DNA of 64,000 nt from contig JAHITT010000006.1 in assembly GCA_018817715.1 (NCBI GenBank), forward strand, positions 75,147 to 139,146. The letters are read 5' to 3'. The stretch is from Patescibacteria group bacterium (GTDB taxonomy: Bacteria; Patescibacteriota; Patescibacteriia; Veblenbacterales; UBA10138). Made by a program: the position numbers and the translations under genes. Each line of letters begins with the position of its first letter. The stretch's first letter is position 1. A model generated the notes under the pieces. That model was given only the letters and a program-made list of their open reading frames with translations. It did not search any database and was not told where the DNA came from. Shown one piece after another: positions 18,023-28,682 of this stretch.

Positions 18023-19531
18023 ATGTTGGCTTGGCTGCTTAATAAATTTAAAAAAGAAACAGTTTACCGGATATTTGAAATAATACCCGGCCTATTAGTC
18101 TGGTCTACTTTAATCGGAGCAGTTATTTTGTCTTTTATAAAACCGCTGTGGGCCATTTATATAATTATTGTTTTTGACCTTTATTGGTTACTGCGAGTAG
18201 CTTATTTGTTAATTTACATGATTGGTTCCTGGAAAACTTATAAACAAACTGTTAGTCAAAATTGGCGACTAAAACTAACTGCTTTACCGGCTAGCCAAAA
18301 TATTCATCACTTAATCTTTTTACCAACCTATCAAGAATCTTTAGAAGTTTTACGAGCTTCTTTAACATCGTTAGTTAATGTGGACTATCCTTTAGATAAA
18401 TTTATTGTCGTTTTAGCTGGTGAAGCTAGAGATAAAGATAATTTTTTAGAATCAGCCAATTTAATAAAACAAGAATACGGTCACCGTTTTGGACATTTTT
18501 TGATAACTCTTCATCCTAGTGACATAGTGGGGGAAATAGCCGGTAAGGGTTCTAATATTCACTGGGCTGGTCACCAAGCTAAAAAATTAATCGACCAATT
18601 AGGGCTAGATTATCCTAATATAATAGTGTCCACTTTTGATATTGATTCTTGCGCCCACCCGCAATATTTTTCTTATTTAACTTATGTTTATTTAACTCAC
18701 CCCGATCCTTTACATTCCAGCTACCAGCCAGTAGCCATTTATAACAACAATATCTGGCAATCACCGGCTGTTAGCCGAATTGTAGCTAATTCCACAACTT
18801 TTTGGTTATTAACCGATTTGGCCAGACCAGAACGTTTGTTTACTTTTTCTTCGCATTCCATGCCTTTTAAGGCTTTGGTAGATGTTGGTTTTTGGCAAAA
18901 TGACATAGTTACCGAAGATTCTAGAATATTCTTACAATGTTTTGTCCGTTACAATGGCAACTATCAAGTAACGCCCTTGTATATGCCTATTTCTATGGAT
19001 ACGGTCTATGCCGGTTCCTTGTGGCGTAGTTTGGTTAATCAATATAAACAACAAAGACGTTGGGCCTATGGTGTAGAAAATTTTCCTTATATGGCTTGGC
19101 ATTTTTGGCGCTCCAAAACAATCCCTTTTAACAAAAAAACTCGTTATTTATGGAATCAATTAGAGGGAGTTTATTCTTGGGCCACCGCTCCTTTAATTAT
19201 TTTTATACTTGGCCGCTTACCTTTAATGATGGCTGATAATGAAGTTAAAACCACTATTTTAGCTCATAACGCCCCAGTAGTCCTAGGTTGGCTAATGACT
19301 TTAGCTATGATTGGTTTAATATTCAGTGCCGCTTTATCCACCATGCTTTTACCAGCCCGACCCAAGGATAAATCCATCTTCATGTACATACCAATGATTT
19401 TGCAATGGATACTCTTTCCAATTATTATGATTATTTTTGGCGCTATACCAGCCACCGACGCTCAAACCAGATTAATGCTGGGTAAATATTTAGGTTTTTG
19501 GGTAACAGAAAAAAAACGAGCCACAACTTAA
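18023..19531 (+). CDS. processive family-2 glycosyltransferase (membrane synthase, QxxRW)
   Basis: DIDS (DxD) motif and QQRRWAYG (QxxRW). Multi-TM C-terminus. Confidence 0.65.
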   Translation: MLAWLLNKFKKETVYRIFEIIPGLLVWSTLIGAVILSFIKPLWAIYIIIVFDLYWLLRVAYLLIYMIGSWKTYKQTVSQNWRLKLTALPASQNIHHLIFLPTYQESLEVLRASLTSLVNVDYPLDKFIVVLAGEARDKDNFLESANLIKQEYGHRFGHFLITLHPSDIVGEIAGKGSNIHWAGHQAKKLIDQLGLDYPNIIVSTFDIDSCAHPQYFSYLTYVYLTHPDPLHSSYQPVAIYNNNIWQSPAVSRIVANSTTFWLLTDLARPERLFTFSSHSMPFKALVDVGFWQNDIVTEDSRIFLQCFVRYNGNYQVTPLYMPISMDTVYAGSLWRSLVNQYKQQRRWAYGVENFPYMAWHFWRSKTIPFNKKTRYLWNQLEGVYSWATAPLIIFILGRLPLMMADNEVKTTILAHNAPVVLGWLMTLAMIGLIFSAALSTMLLPARPKDKSIFMYIPMILQWILFPIIMIIFGAIPATDAQTRLMLGKYLGFWVTEKKRATT

Positions 19532-19541
19532 CCAATTTAAA

Positions 19542-20633
19542 TTAATTAACGGGCATATTAATAATTTCCACAGCCCCGTTTAATTTAGGTATAGCATAGT
19601 CTTCTATAAGAATAGGGTATTCTTCAAATTTAACAAAAGCGAACTTTACTTGACCGTTCGGCTCTTCTTTTTTTTGAGCTGTTATTCTAACAACTAAACC
19701 CTGTTTGGTTGGTTGACTCCACATTTGATCAAAAATAAAATTACCCAAAGAATAATAAATCATTTTTTTCTTGTAAATTTCTCTAGGCTGCACCCAATGA
19801 GGATGATGCCCAATCACTAAATCAGCACCTTGATCAATGGCTGTATGGGCAAATTTTATCTGACTCAAGGAAGCTTTATCTGTATATTCCACTCCACCAT
19901 GCATACTAACCACAATTAAATCAACTTGCTGTCTAAGATTATCAATTGAGGCGCTTAATTTTTTCCAATCATCCCACCTGGCTATGTAAGGACTGCTAGC
20001 TACGCCATTATCATTAAAAGAACTATAAGAAACGGCCAAAAAACCTATTTTAATGCCTTTGTTTTCTAAAATAGCCGGTTGCCAAGCTTCTGCACTATCT
20101 TGCCCAACACCGGTAACCTGTAGCCCTTGGTTTAACAACAAAGAACGACTATGCTTTATGGCCTTAAGACCATAATCTAAAGCATGATTATTGGCTAGGC
20201 TTAAGACTTTAAAATTATTTTCTACTAAACCTAAAAGACTGTCCGGCCAGGCATTAAACAATAAACTATTAACCGGTGGTATAAAATTAGAACCAGTAAA
20301 AAGTGATTCCAAATTGGCAAAATTAAAATCATTACTTTTAAGCCATTCGCCCATACCAATAAAAGGCAACAGGGGATTATTATGTTTTTTCATTTGATCA
20401 GCTACCTGACGGGACAGCATTATATCTCCCACCACCCCAAAAACTACGTATTGGTCTTTTGGTTGATCTTTTTTTAATTGACTAACCGCCTGGTCAGAAA
20501 AATTTAGGGATTCCTTAGACGTGGTACTTTTGGTGATTACTCCGTACTTAAAATAAAAAAAAGCCGCGAAGAACGCGGCCATAATTAACAAAGCTGAAAC
20601 AACAAAAGAAAAATATTTATCAATTTTATTCAT
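19542..20633 (-). CDS. CapA/PGA_cap-family metallophosphatase-like capsule synthesis protein
   Basis: N-terminal TM helix. SMHGGVEY ... GHHPHW ... SLGNF motifs. Confidence 0.6.
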   Translation of the reverse strand: MNKIDKYFSFVVSALLIMAAFFAAFFYFKYGVITKSTTSKESLNFSDQAVSQLKKDQPKDQYVVFGVVGDIMLSRQVADQMKKHNNPLLPFIGMGEWLKSNDFNFANLESLFTGSNFIPPVNSLLFNAWPDSLLGLVENNFKVLSLANNHALDYGLKAIKHSRSLLLNQGLQVTGVGQDSAEAWQPAILENKGIKIGFLAVSYSSFNDNGVASSPYIARWDDWKKLSASIDNLRQQVDLIVVSMHGGVEYTDKASLSQIKFAHTAIDQGADLVIGHHPHWVQPREIYKKKMIYYSLGNFIFDQMWSQPTKQGLVVRITAQKKEEPNGQVKFAFVKFEEYPILIEDYAIPKLNGAVEIINMPVN

Positions 20634-20635
20634 AT

Positions 20636-21568
20636 TTACTGTAAAACAGTTCCCACAAAAGAAGCCTGGCCACGAATAAAATCTCCAGCCAGCATTGGTT
20701 TTCTTCCTGCTAACTGAATTTCTTTAACTAATATACTGCCAGACTGACAATCAATAGATAACCCTTGGTTTTGATATTCTTTAACCAAACCTGGTTTGGT
20801 TAATTCAACATCTAAAACCTCTGTTTGTAATAATTTAACAACTTGACCTCGCCAAGTAGTCCACAAACCAGGCCAAGGGTAAAAAGCCCGCCTTAAATTA
20901 TTTAACTGCTCAGCAGTTAAATTAAAATTAGCTCGCCCATCCGAACGGCTAATTAACTTAGTATAAGTAGCCAAAGAATGGTCTTGGGCAACTGGTTTAA
21001 TCTTACCTGATAGATAATCAATTAAAACATTGGGTAATATTTCGCCGGCTAAACCAGCCAAAGCTTGGCTTAAAGTTAAGGCATTGTCTTTTTCTTTAAT
21101 AAGGTACTCAACCTGCTTTAATAATGGTCCGTGATCCATCAGATCATCCAAAAGCATTAAACTAACCCCAGTTTTAAACTGACCAGCCAATAAGGCACTA
21201 GCGATAGGAGAGGCCCCTCGATACAAAGGCAACAAAGAAGGATGCACATTAACTATACCTTTAGGGTATAAAACCAAAACTGAAGCTGGCACAATCTGTC
21301 CAAAAGCCGCTAAAACAGCAAAATCTGTTTTAAATTTAGCTAATTGTTTCTTGATATCTACATTTTTTAAACTAGGGGATTCTAATAATTCTAACTGATT
21401 AGCTACAGCTCTTAGACCAACTGGCGAAGAAGTTTTTTTAAGTCCCCGGCCTTTAGCCTGCGGTAAGGTAGTCACCACCAAAACCGGCCTTAAACCAGCT
21501 TTAAGCAAACCGGTTAAAATAATATCGGCAAAATCAGAAGTCCCAAAATAAACAAATGACTTATTCAT
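20636..21568 (-). CDS. fmt: methionyl-tRNA formyltransferase
   Basis: N-terminal formyltransferase domain (NVHPSLLPLYRG) plus a C-terminal domain. Adjacent to def. Confidence 0.85.
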   Translation of the reverse strand: MNKSFVYFGTSDFADIILTGLLKAGLRPVLVVTTLPQAKGRGLKKTSSPVGLRAVANQLELLESPSLKNVDIKKQLAKFKTDFAVLAAFGQIVPASVLVLYPKGIVNVHPSLLPLYRGASPIASALLAGQFKTGVSLMLLDDLMDHGPLLKQVEYLIKEKDNALTLSQALAGLAGEILPNVLIDYLSGKIKPVAQDHSLATYTKLISRSDGRANFNLTAEQLNNLRRAFYPWPGLWTTWRGQVVKLLQTEVLDVELTKPGLVKEYQNQGLSIDCQSGSILVKEIQLAGRKPMLAGDFIRGQASFVGTVLQ

Positions 21569-22043
21569 TTTTATATTTAGCCAACAATTCCTGACCAGCG
21601 ATTATTTCCTTAGTTAAATCTATAAACAAAATACCATTTAAATGATCAACCTCATGCTGATAAACTCTAGCTGTCAAACCGTCTAACCATTCTTGGTGTT
21701 TGAGACCATCACTACCCAAATAATTAGCTAATACTCGAATTGGCCTCTTAACTAACCCATAAACCCCAGGCAAAGATAAACAACCTTCTTCCATAACAAC
21801 TTTGCGCCAAGAAGATTTTACTATCTCCGGATTAAAATAAGCTTGCGGTTTCTCTCCAGTGCTAATAACTATTAATCGGCGGGAAAAATTAACCTGTGGA
21901 GCAGCCAAACCAATACCATTATAATGAACCACGGCCGCTTCCATGGCTTGAGCCAATAATAAATCTGACTTGCTTAAGGGTAGGGGTAAGCTTTCAGCTT
22001 TGGCTCTTAAAATATCCTGGGGAGCGATAATTAAAGGTAACAT
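21561..22043 (-). CDS. def: peptide deformylase
   Basis: GIGLAAPQ, EGCLS and HEVDHLNG motifs. Confidence 0.85.
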   Translation of the reverse strand: MLPLIIAPQDILRAKAESLPLPLSKSDLLLAQAMEAAVVHYNGIGLAAPQVNFSRRLIVISTGEKPQAYFNPEIVKSSWRKVVMEEGCLSLPGVYGLVKRPIRVLANYLGSDGLKHQEWLDGLTARVYQHEVDHLNGILFIDLTKEIIAGQELLAKYKNE

Positions 22044-22057
22044 ATTATAAAAAGTAT

Positions 22058-23908
22058 TTAACTTAAAATATTTTCCGGATCTATATCAATAATAACATCA
22101 TCACCAACTAATGGCCAAATTAAACGGCCAACTGAACTAGTGGTAAATTTAACAAGTAAATGAAAACGATATTTGCCCCTAAGCTGGTGATAATAGTCAG
22201 CATAAGGACCAATTATTACTTCTTGATTCAGTAAATTGGTTTGTAGTTTCTTTTTTAAAACTCTACAACTAGCCAAAGCAGCTGCCTGGCTAGTTAAAGC
22301 AACTGTTAAGCGGAGTAAATTACTAACAGGTGGATAACCGTATTTAATTCTTTCTTTAAGTTCAGTTTCATAAAAATAGGTTAGACCTTCTTTCTTAATA
22401 AAAGATTGCCAAACATAATGTTCTGGCTGATAAGTCTGAATTAATACCCGCGTAGCACCGCTAGATAAAAATCCAGCCACCCGGTGTCTTAATCTTTCAG
22501 TAGCGCGAAATTCTGGCACCGACATTTCATTATCGGGATTAACTAAAATAATCAAACCAAATTTAGTTTTTTGATTATTTAACCAAGCCGTTTGACCACC
22601 CACCAACACAACAGGTCCCACTGGCGCCTTGTCAGATAGACTATCTTTAAAAACAATACTGGCCGGGTATAACTTCTTAACAAATTGATAAAGTCTATCT
22701 AAACCAACTCCCCGCATTGCCACATTATTACCAGAACAATCGGGACAAGGTAGGGGATAAACTTCCTCTAAGGAACAATGATAACAATAAAGATTGTTTT
22801 TGTCTGACCGGCTGACTAAAGTTCTTTGGCATTTAGAACACTTAGCAACATAACCACAATCGGTACAAACCGCCGAAGTAGCTTCACCTAAACGATTAAG
22901 ATAAACAAAAACAGACTGCCCAGTCTTAAGACTTTTTTCTAAGAGTTTTAAAGAAGTCAAAGATAATAAATTTTTATTACCAGCCTGATGTTCAGCTATC
23001 ATATCAATTAAAGTCAATTCCGCTGGCTGACCCTTTAAATCCAACCATTTTTCTTGACCAGCCTGAGCTTTATACCATCTTTCTAAACGAGGAGCAGTTG
23101 ATAAAAGCAAACAAGAAACCGACAAATTCTTGGCCAATTCAATAGCTAAACTCACTGGATCATAACGTGGGTTTTGATCACTTTGCTTATAGTAGTCACT
23201 AGCTGATTCATCAACCACCAGGCCACCCAAATTTAAAAATGGTAAAAACAAAGCCAATCTAGTGCCGACCACAACCACTTTATCTCCCCGCCGTAATTTT
23301 AACCAAACCGCCCGACGATCGGCTAAACTAATTTCCGAAGAAAAAACAACCAAAGAAAATTTATCTTTTAGCTTTTCTTGCCAAAATTCTAAACGACTGT
23401 TAGTTGGGACCAAAAACAATACCTGTTCTTGCCGAAGCATAATCCGATTAAGCAAATTAAAAACAACTTCATCTAATTTGCTAGGAGAAGAATATACCAA
23501 GTTAGTTAAAAAAGAATTCGTTTTCTTAATAAGTGGCCGAGTGCGCTTAGTGCTTATGGGCTCAATTTTAAAATTACGATTAGGTTGCAATAAAATAAAC
23601 AACTTAATAGCCGCCGACATGGTTAAGCCATAATTATGAGATAACCACTTAACCAAATGCAGCTGCCAAGAAAAAAGATAATTAGCAACCACTAAGTCCT
23701 TAACCTCTTTGAGAGTTTTGTTTTTAGGTAACGAAGATTTGATTATTTTTTTTACTACTACCGCCTTTATCAGGCTAGATCGAAAAGGTAAGTTAACTAA
23801 ATCTCCAGGATTCAACTGTAAAGGACCGGCGCTATAATCAAAAACCGTTAATCGGCGCGGCAATCTTTTTAAAGGTACCACTTGAACAATCGGAAACAAG
23901 TTAACCAT
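22058..23908 (-). CDS. priA: primosomal protein N' (PriA helicase)
   Basis: Cys-rich zinc-binding insert CTDCGY...CSKCQ...CYHC...CPDC within a helicase fold. Confidence 0.7.
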   Translation of the reverse strand: MVNLFPIVQVVPLKRLPRRLTVFDYSAGPLQLNPGDLVNLPFRSSLIKAVVVKKIIKSSLPKNKTLKEVKDLVVANYLFSWQLHLVKWLSHNYGLTMSAAIKLFILLQPNRNFKIEPISTKRTRPLIKKTNSFLTNLVYSSPSKLDEVVFNLLNRIMLRQEQVLFLVPTNSRLEFWQEKLKDKFSLVVFSSEISLADRRAVWLKLRRGDKVVVVGTRLALFLPFLNLGGLVVDESASDYYKQSDQNPRYDPVSLAIELAKNLSVSCLLLSTAPRLERWYKAQAGQEKWLDLKGQPAELTLIDMIAEHQAGNKNLLSLTSLKLLEKSLKTGQSVFVYLNRLGEATSAVCTDCGYVAKCSKCQRTLVSRSDKNNLYCYHCSLEEVYPLPCPDCSGNNVAMRGVGLDRLYQFVKKLYPASIVFKDSLSDKAPVGPVVLVGGQTAWLNNQKTKFGLIILVNPDNEMSVPEFRATERLRHRVAGFLSSGATRVLIQTYQPEHYVWQSFIKKEGLTYFYETELKERIKYGYPPVSNLLRLTVALTSQAAALASCRVLKKKLQTNLLNQEVIIGPYADYYHQLRGKYRFHLLVKFTTSSVGRLIWPLVGDDVIIDIDPENILS

Positions 23909-23914
23909 AAATAT

Positions 23915-24700
23915 CTAATAAATAAATTCCGCCGTCAGCCAACCCGCCTCATAAGGCGCTTCGAAAGATATCAAATTTAAATTAATTTTTTTATTAGCTA
24001 AAAAAGATTTAAGCAAAACCGCTGGCGACCAAATTGATTGACCGCTTAACTCCAACAACTCCGTTGGAAAATTATAAATAGACGACCAATCATCTTGGCG
24101 ACTAAAATTTACGAATTGTTGATTAAAAAGTTTAGCTTCCACCTGGTTAGTACCAATAACTCGCCCTAATTCACCAGCGGCCAAAATAACCACCCGTTCT
24201 GAGCTTGATTGCAATTGTTCATATAAGTGCTGACTTACTAAATTTAAATTTTCTAAATCTATTTTCTGCGGAACCTGTAAATATACTAACGGTTTATCAA
24301 CCAAAGACTGGCCAAAAATTAAAAGTGGTACTCCAGCCGTATATGGTAAATTACTTACACTAACCAAAGGAATGGGGAATAAAGATTCCAAAGTTTCTTT
24401 TAAACGATGGGTAAAACCAACGGCCATCTTTATTGATTGCTGGCTTATAAAATCTCCCAAAAATGAATAATCCAAAGTAACTGACTGGTTTTGTAAAAAA
24501 GCCCAATCAGATTTAGTAAGTTTGGTGTCTGAACTAACACTAGATATTACAAAAATAATATCAGGAGAACGTAAAGATAATTCCGAGCCAAGTTGGTTTA
24601 AAGCGGTAGTAGTTTTAACAACAGCCTTTCGCACCTGGCTTTTTAAGCCAGGTAATAAAAGAGGGGAATTGGGTACTAAAGCCGCGCCGACAATAGGCAT
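23915..24700 (-). CDS. hypothetical protein (possible LigB/MEMO-like fold)
   Basis: N-terminal GAALVPNSP resembles GA(I/L)VPH of class III extradiol dioxygenase/MEMO, but with Asn in place of His. Confidence 0.25.
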   Translation of the reverse strand: MPIVGAALVPNSPLLLPGLKSQVRKAVVKTTTALNQLGSELSLRSPDIIFVISSVSSDTKLTKSDWAFLQNQSVTLDYSFLGDFISQQSIKMAVGFTHRLKETLESLFPIPLVSVSNLPYTAGVPLLIFGQSLVDKPLVYLQVPQKIDLENLNLVSQHLYEQLQSSSERVVILAAGELGRVIGTNQVEAKLFNQQFVNFSRQDDWSSIYNFPTELLELSGQSIWSPAVLLKSFLANKKINLNLISFEAPYEAGWLTAEFIY

Positions 24701-24724
24701 AAAAATTAATATTGTTTAATTAAT

Positions 24725-26098
24725 TTAAAAACTAACACCAATAGGGTCACCTAAAACGTGTATACTGATAGCTTCGTCACTAGTGGCAATAACTTTAGAA
24801 AAATCAAAACCTAAATCCAAAAAGGCTTCAGCTGATAAAAAGGGGCGCCTAGTCTGATTAGAAATTAAGTAAACGGTCGCTTGCGACCAAGATCGCACCA
24901 ATTGACCATCACGAAAAACTATCGGCAAACCAGTTAAATATTGTTCCAATTGTTTGGTAGTGGCTCGACTTATTTTACGATTTTTAAAATTATTCTGCAG
25001 TATCTCTCGCGACCAAATAGGATGTTTAACTCCTTCCTGCACCCAAAAAATTCCTCCTGATTTTGTATCCTGTAACAAAACCCCCAAAGGATAAATTGAT
25101 TTATCGGTTATCGGTTCACCCTCACCGTAAGAAATAATATCTTCACTACTGACATTAACTATTTCTTCAGGATTTATTCCTAAACGACGTAAAACTTCAG
25201 CCGAAGCTATACCTCGCAACATATCATCAGCTAACAAATAAACCGTACCTTTAGGAATACGTAAAAAACTGTAATTAGAAAATTTTATCGGACTGCCTTC
25301 AAGATATTTTGATAATTCGGTTTTATTAACCGTTAAAACAGAAGAAAAATCATCATAATACGATAAAAAAACTGAACGATTAGCAAATTGCCTCCTTAAA
25401 CCATTTTGAATATAATAAACCTCTGTTTGACCATCAACATTAAGTAGGGTGCCATCGGGGTAATAACGACTAAAATATCTATTCCAAACAGTCCATAATA
25501 ATCGATTACCAGCTAAATGGGGAGTATAAGTATAAGCTATAGCCGTGGCTTTATTGGCTGGTATGACTACCTGACCATCAACTAATTTGGGTAAACCGGG
25601 CCCAAACCCAGAAATAGTACGGTTTTGACTGTCTAAATCCACTAAATAACTTAAACGAATTCTTTTGGCGGCGCTATAAATTTGATTATAAAAACCTTTA
25701 AATTTTTGTAACAAAGGATCATCTAAACTACAACTGTCGCAAACGGCATAACCCATGGCCCAATCAAAATTTTTATTACTCGGCCTCGGATTTTCTATTA
25801 AACTTTGTTCTTTTTGTAAAAGAGCTAACAAAAATTTCGGGCTTATTTTAAATTCTTGAGCCGATAAATAAATAATCTGACTAGCTGCTAAAGAAGTTAT
25901 TGGATCAACATAATTAGCCAAAGCACTGCCTTTATCTTTTAAAAAAGAATTTATTTGTACCAAATCCATGGAAACATAATCAAACATATCATCGTCCGAT
26001 AATATGTAATTATAGTCGAAATTTTCTTGAGCTAGTCCAACCTTAGGACTAAACAAAAAAAATGCAATAAAAAACCAAGCTACCAGTCGTAATTTCAT
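24725..26098 (-). CDS. secreted hypothetical protein
   Basis: Signal peptide. 457 aa with no recognisable catalytic motif. Confidence 0.4.
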   Translation of the reverse strand: MKLRLVAWFFIAFFLFSPKVGLAQENFDYNYILSDDDMFDYVSMDLVQINSFLKDKGSALANYVDPITSLAASQIIYLSAQEFKISPKFLLALLQKEQSLIENPRPSNKNFDWAMGYAVCDSCSLDDPLLQKFKGFYNQIYSAAKRIRLSYLVDLDSQNRTISGFGPGLPKLVDGQVVIPANKATAIAYTYTPHLAGNRLLWTVWNRYFSRYYPDGTLLNVDGQTEVYYIQNGLRRQFANRSVFLSYYDDFSSVLTVNKTELSKYLEGSPIKFSNYSFLRIPKGTVYLLADDMLRGIASAEVLRRLGINPEEIVNVSSEDIISYGEGEPITDKSIYPLGVLLQDTKSGGIFWVQEGVKHPIWSREILQNNFKNRKISRATTKQLEQYLTGLPIVFRDGQLVRSWSQATVYLISNQTRRPFLSAEAFLDLGFDFSKVIATSDEAISIHVLGDPIGVSF

Positions 26099-26198
26099 GT
26101 TATATATTATAACAAATATTGACCCTTATTTCAATTATTAAACTCTGCTTAACCAACTGTTTTTTATAAACTAAAAATGCTATAATTAAACTATAAAT

Positions 26199-27203
26199 AT
26201 GAAGTTATGGTTGTCTTTAAATTTGGACCAAAATACTTGGCGCCAAACAGGCTCCTATTTGTCTTGTTTAAAAAATCAATTAAAACACAACGATCTTAAA
26301 AGTTATTTAACTCCTGTAAAAAAAGATCAACTAACTACCACTTTTCTAAATGAAGTAACTTTAGCCAAACTACCAGCTTTAACCCTTAAACTTAAAAAAA
26401 TAGCGGACCAAACAACTGTTTTTGATTTAAAATTCAGTTCCTCGGCCTGGCTTAAACAAAATCAGCCAGAAATTTTGCTTAAAACTACTACCAATTCTGC
26501 TTATCGTTTGTTACAAAAAACTATTGCTTTAGAATTAAAAGAAATAGAATTAACAACTAGTAGTTACCAACCAGGTTTAATTATAGCCAAACTAAACAAA
26601 ACAAAAGGCGTCCTACCCAAAATAAACTGTCCACCCTTTACTGTCCAACCTAATGGTCTTAATTTAATAACCAGCCAATTAACTCCCCAGGGACTAATTC
26701 ATAAAAAACTTAATACCTGGCTGTTTAAAACAGAAAAATTTCGACGTAATGTGGTAATTTGTTTACTTAATGCTAATGATGAAATATTACTTACTCAACA
26801 CCAAGATCGGCCACTCAGCTGGCAACTACCCCAAGGTGGAGTAGAATCAACAGAAAATTTAACCCAAGCGGCCCTAAGAGAAATTAAAGAAGAAGTGGGT
26901 GTTTCTCAAACCCGTTGTTTATTGGTTAAGCCAGACCTACACCGTTATCGCTGGCCTAAATATCTTTTATTACACGGTCAAGATCCAGAAAAAAAACAAT
27001 ATGTCGGCCAATTACAAAGTCTAGTTGTATTACGAATAGCCAAACAAACAGTTAATTTAACTTTAGATAAAAGGGAAGCCGCTTTAGCCCTATGGATAAA
27101 ACCAGCTGATTTAATAAAGCAATTGCCTCGTTCCAGAAAACCAATTGGCCGTTTAATAATTAAGGAACTTAAAATAAACAAATTAATCAGTCCTATAACT
27201 TGA
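26199..27203 (+). CDS. NUDIX hydrolase with long N-terminal extension
   Basis: C-terminal Nudix box GGVESTENLTQAALREIKEEVGV. Confidence 0.55.
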   Translation: MKLWLSLNLDQNTWRQTGSYLSCLKNQLKHNDLKSYLTPVKKDQLTTTFLNEVTLAKLPALTLKLKKIADQTTVFDLKFSSSAWLKQNQPEILLKTTTNSAYRLLQKTIALELKEIELTTSSYQPGLIIAKLNKTKGVLPKINCPPFTVQPNGLNLITSQLTPQGLIHKKLNTWLFKTEKFRRNVVICLLNANDEILLTQHQDRPLSWQLPQGGVESTENLTQAALREIKEEVGVSQTRCLLVKPDLHRYRWPKYLLLHGQDPEKKQYVGQLQSLVVLRIAKQTVNLTLDKREAALALWIKPADLIKQLPRSRKPIGRLIIKELKINKLISPIT

Positions 27204-27236
27204 TTTTGCCGGCTTGATAGGGTAATTTAAAATTCT

Positions 27237-28682
27237 ATGGTTAGAGTACGTTTTGCTCCTTCGCCAACTGGCGAACTTCATATCGGCGGCGCCCGCACTG
27301 CTTTATATAATTATCTTTACGCCCTTAAACAAAAAGGGAATTTTATAATCAGAATAGAAGATACTGACCGAGAAAGACTAGTTCCTGGCAGCTTAAACAG
27401 ATTGCTACAAGGTCTTAAGTGGTTGGGTTTAAATTGGCAGGAAGGTCCGGATATCGGCGGACCATATGGACCTTATATTCAATCGGAACGTCTACCAATC
27501 TATAAAGAGCAGGCCCAACAGCTACTTAATAATAATCAAGCTTATTATTGTTTTTGTTCTAGCCAAAGGCTAAGCGAACTTAGACAAACACAATTAGAAC
27601 AAAAATTACCCAGCCGTTATGACCGGACTTGTTTAAAATTAACCAAAGAAATAGTTCAAGATAATTTAAACAATAAACTACCTTTTACTATTCGTTTAAA
27701 AGTACCGACTGGCACAACGACTCTTTATGACTTAATCCGCGGCACAGTGGTCTTTAATAACAAAGAAATAGACGATCAGGTTCTGCTTAAATCAGATGGT
27801 TATCCAACTTATCACTTAGCCAACGTAGTCGACGATCATTTAATGGCTATTAGCCATGTTATCAGGGGAGAGGAGTGGTTACCTTCGGCACCCAAACATT
27901 TATTGCTTTATCAGGCTTTTGCTTGGCAACCGCCGGCCTTTGCCCACCTACCCAATGTTTTAAACAAACAAAAAGCCAAACTGTCCAAAAGAAAAGATGG
28001 TGCGACTGTGTGGTTAGAAACCTACCAGACCCAAGGCTATTTACCAGCCGCCCTGGTTAATTTTTTAACTCTATTAGGTTGGCATCCAACAAACGATCAA
28101 GAAATATTTAACCTTAAGGAATTAAGTCAGCTTTTTTCTTTAGACCGCGTACAAAAAGGCGGAGCTATTTTTGATTTAGATAAACTAAACTGGTTTAATC
28201 ATCTATATTTACAAAAATTATCTTCTAGTGAACTAGATGAAAAACTACAAACTCATTACCAAACTCTTAAACAATCCGGCCGGCCAATCACCAGCACTTT
28301 AAGACTTACAGAAATAATCAAAGACAGGCTAGTTAAATTAAACGATGTTCAATCAACCAATTGGTTTTTTAGTAATGATCTATCAAGCGCTTTACCAATT
28401 ATTGTCCCAAATAAAAGCACCCCTGCCACAACCAAAAAATCGTTACAGTTAGCCCAATTATCCTTAAATCAAACAATAGCTTGGACCATTGAAGCAATTA
28501 AAACAGCTTGCCAAAAAAATCAAGAGGCTAATAAATTATCCAATATGGAATTTTTATGGCCAGCTCGAGTAGCTGTTACTGGACTTAATAAATCACCGGA
28601 TTTTTACACAGCTGCTTGGGCCCTAGGTAAAGAAGAGGCTCTTAAAAGACTGGCTTGGGTAGAAGCAAACATGTTATTATAG
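27237..28682 (+). CDS. gltX: glutamyl-tRNA synthetase
   Basis: Class I HIGH (ELHIGG) and KLSKR (KMSKS-type) motifs. Confidence 0.9.
   Translation: MVRVRFAPSPTGELHIGGARTALYNYLYALKQKGNFIIRIEDTDRERLVPGSLNRLLQGLKWLGLNWQEGPDIGGPYGPYIQSERLPIYKEQAQQLLNNNQAYYCFCSSQRLSELRQTQLEQKLPSRYDRTCLKLTKEIVQDNLNNKLPFTIRLKVPTGTTTLYDLIRGTVVFNNKEIDDQVLLKSDGYPTYHLANVVDDHLMAISHVIRGEEWLPSAPKHLLLYQAFAWQPPAFAHLPNVLNKQKAKLSKRKDGATVWLETYQTQGYLPAALVNFLTLLGWHPTNDQEIFNLKELSQLFSLDRVQKGGAIFDLDKLNWFNHLYLQKLSSSELDEKLQTHYQTLKQSGRPITSTLRLTEIIKDRLVKLNDVQSTNWFFSNDLSSALPIIVPNKSTPATTKKSLQLAQLSLNQTIAWTIEAIKTACQKNQEANKLSNMEFLWPARVAVTGLNKSPDFYTAAWALGKEEALKRLAWVEANMLL

Noticed and set aside
27237-28682. Checked for alternative genetic code (UGA recoding, as in some CPR).
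   Set aside because: gltX, serS, lysS, proS, dnaX and others are full-length and uninterrupted under the standard code.
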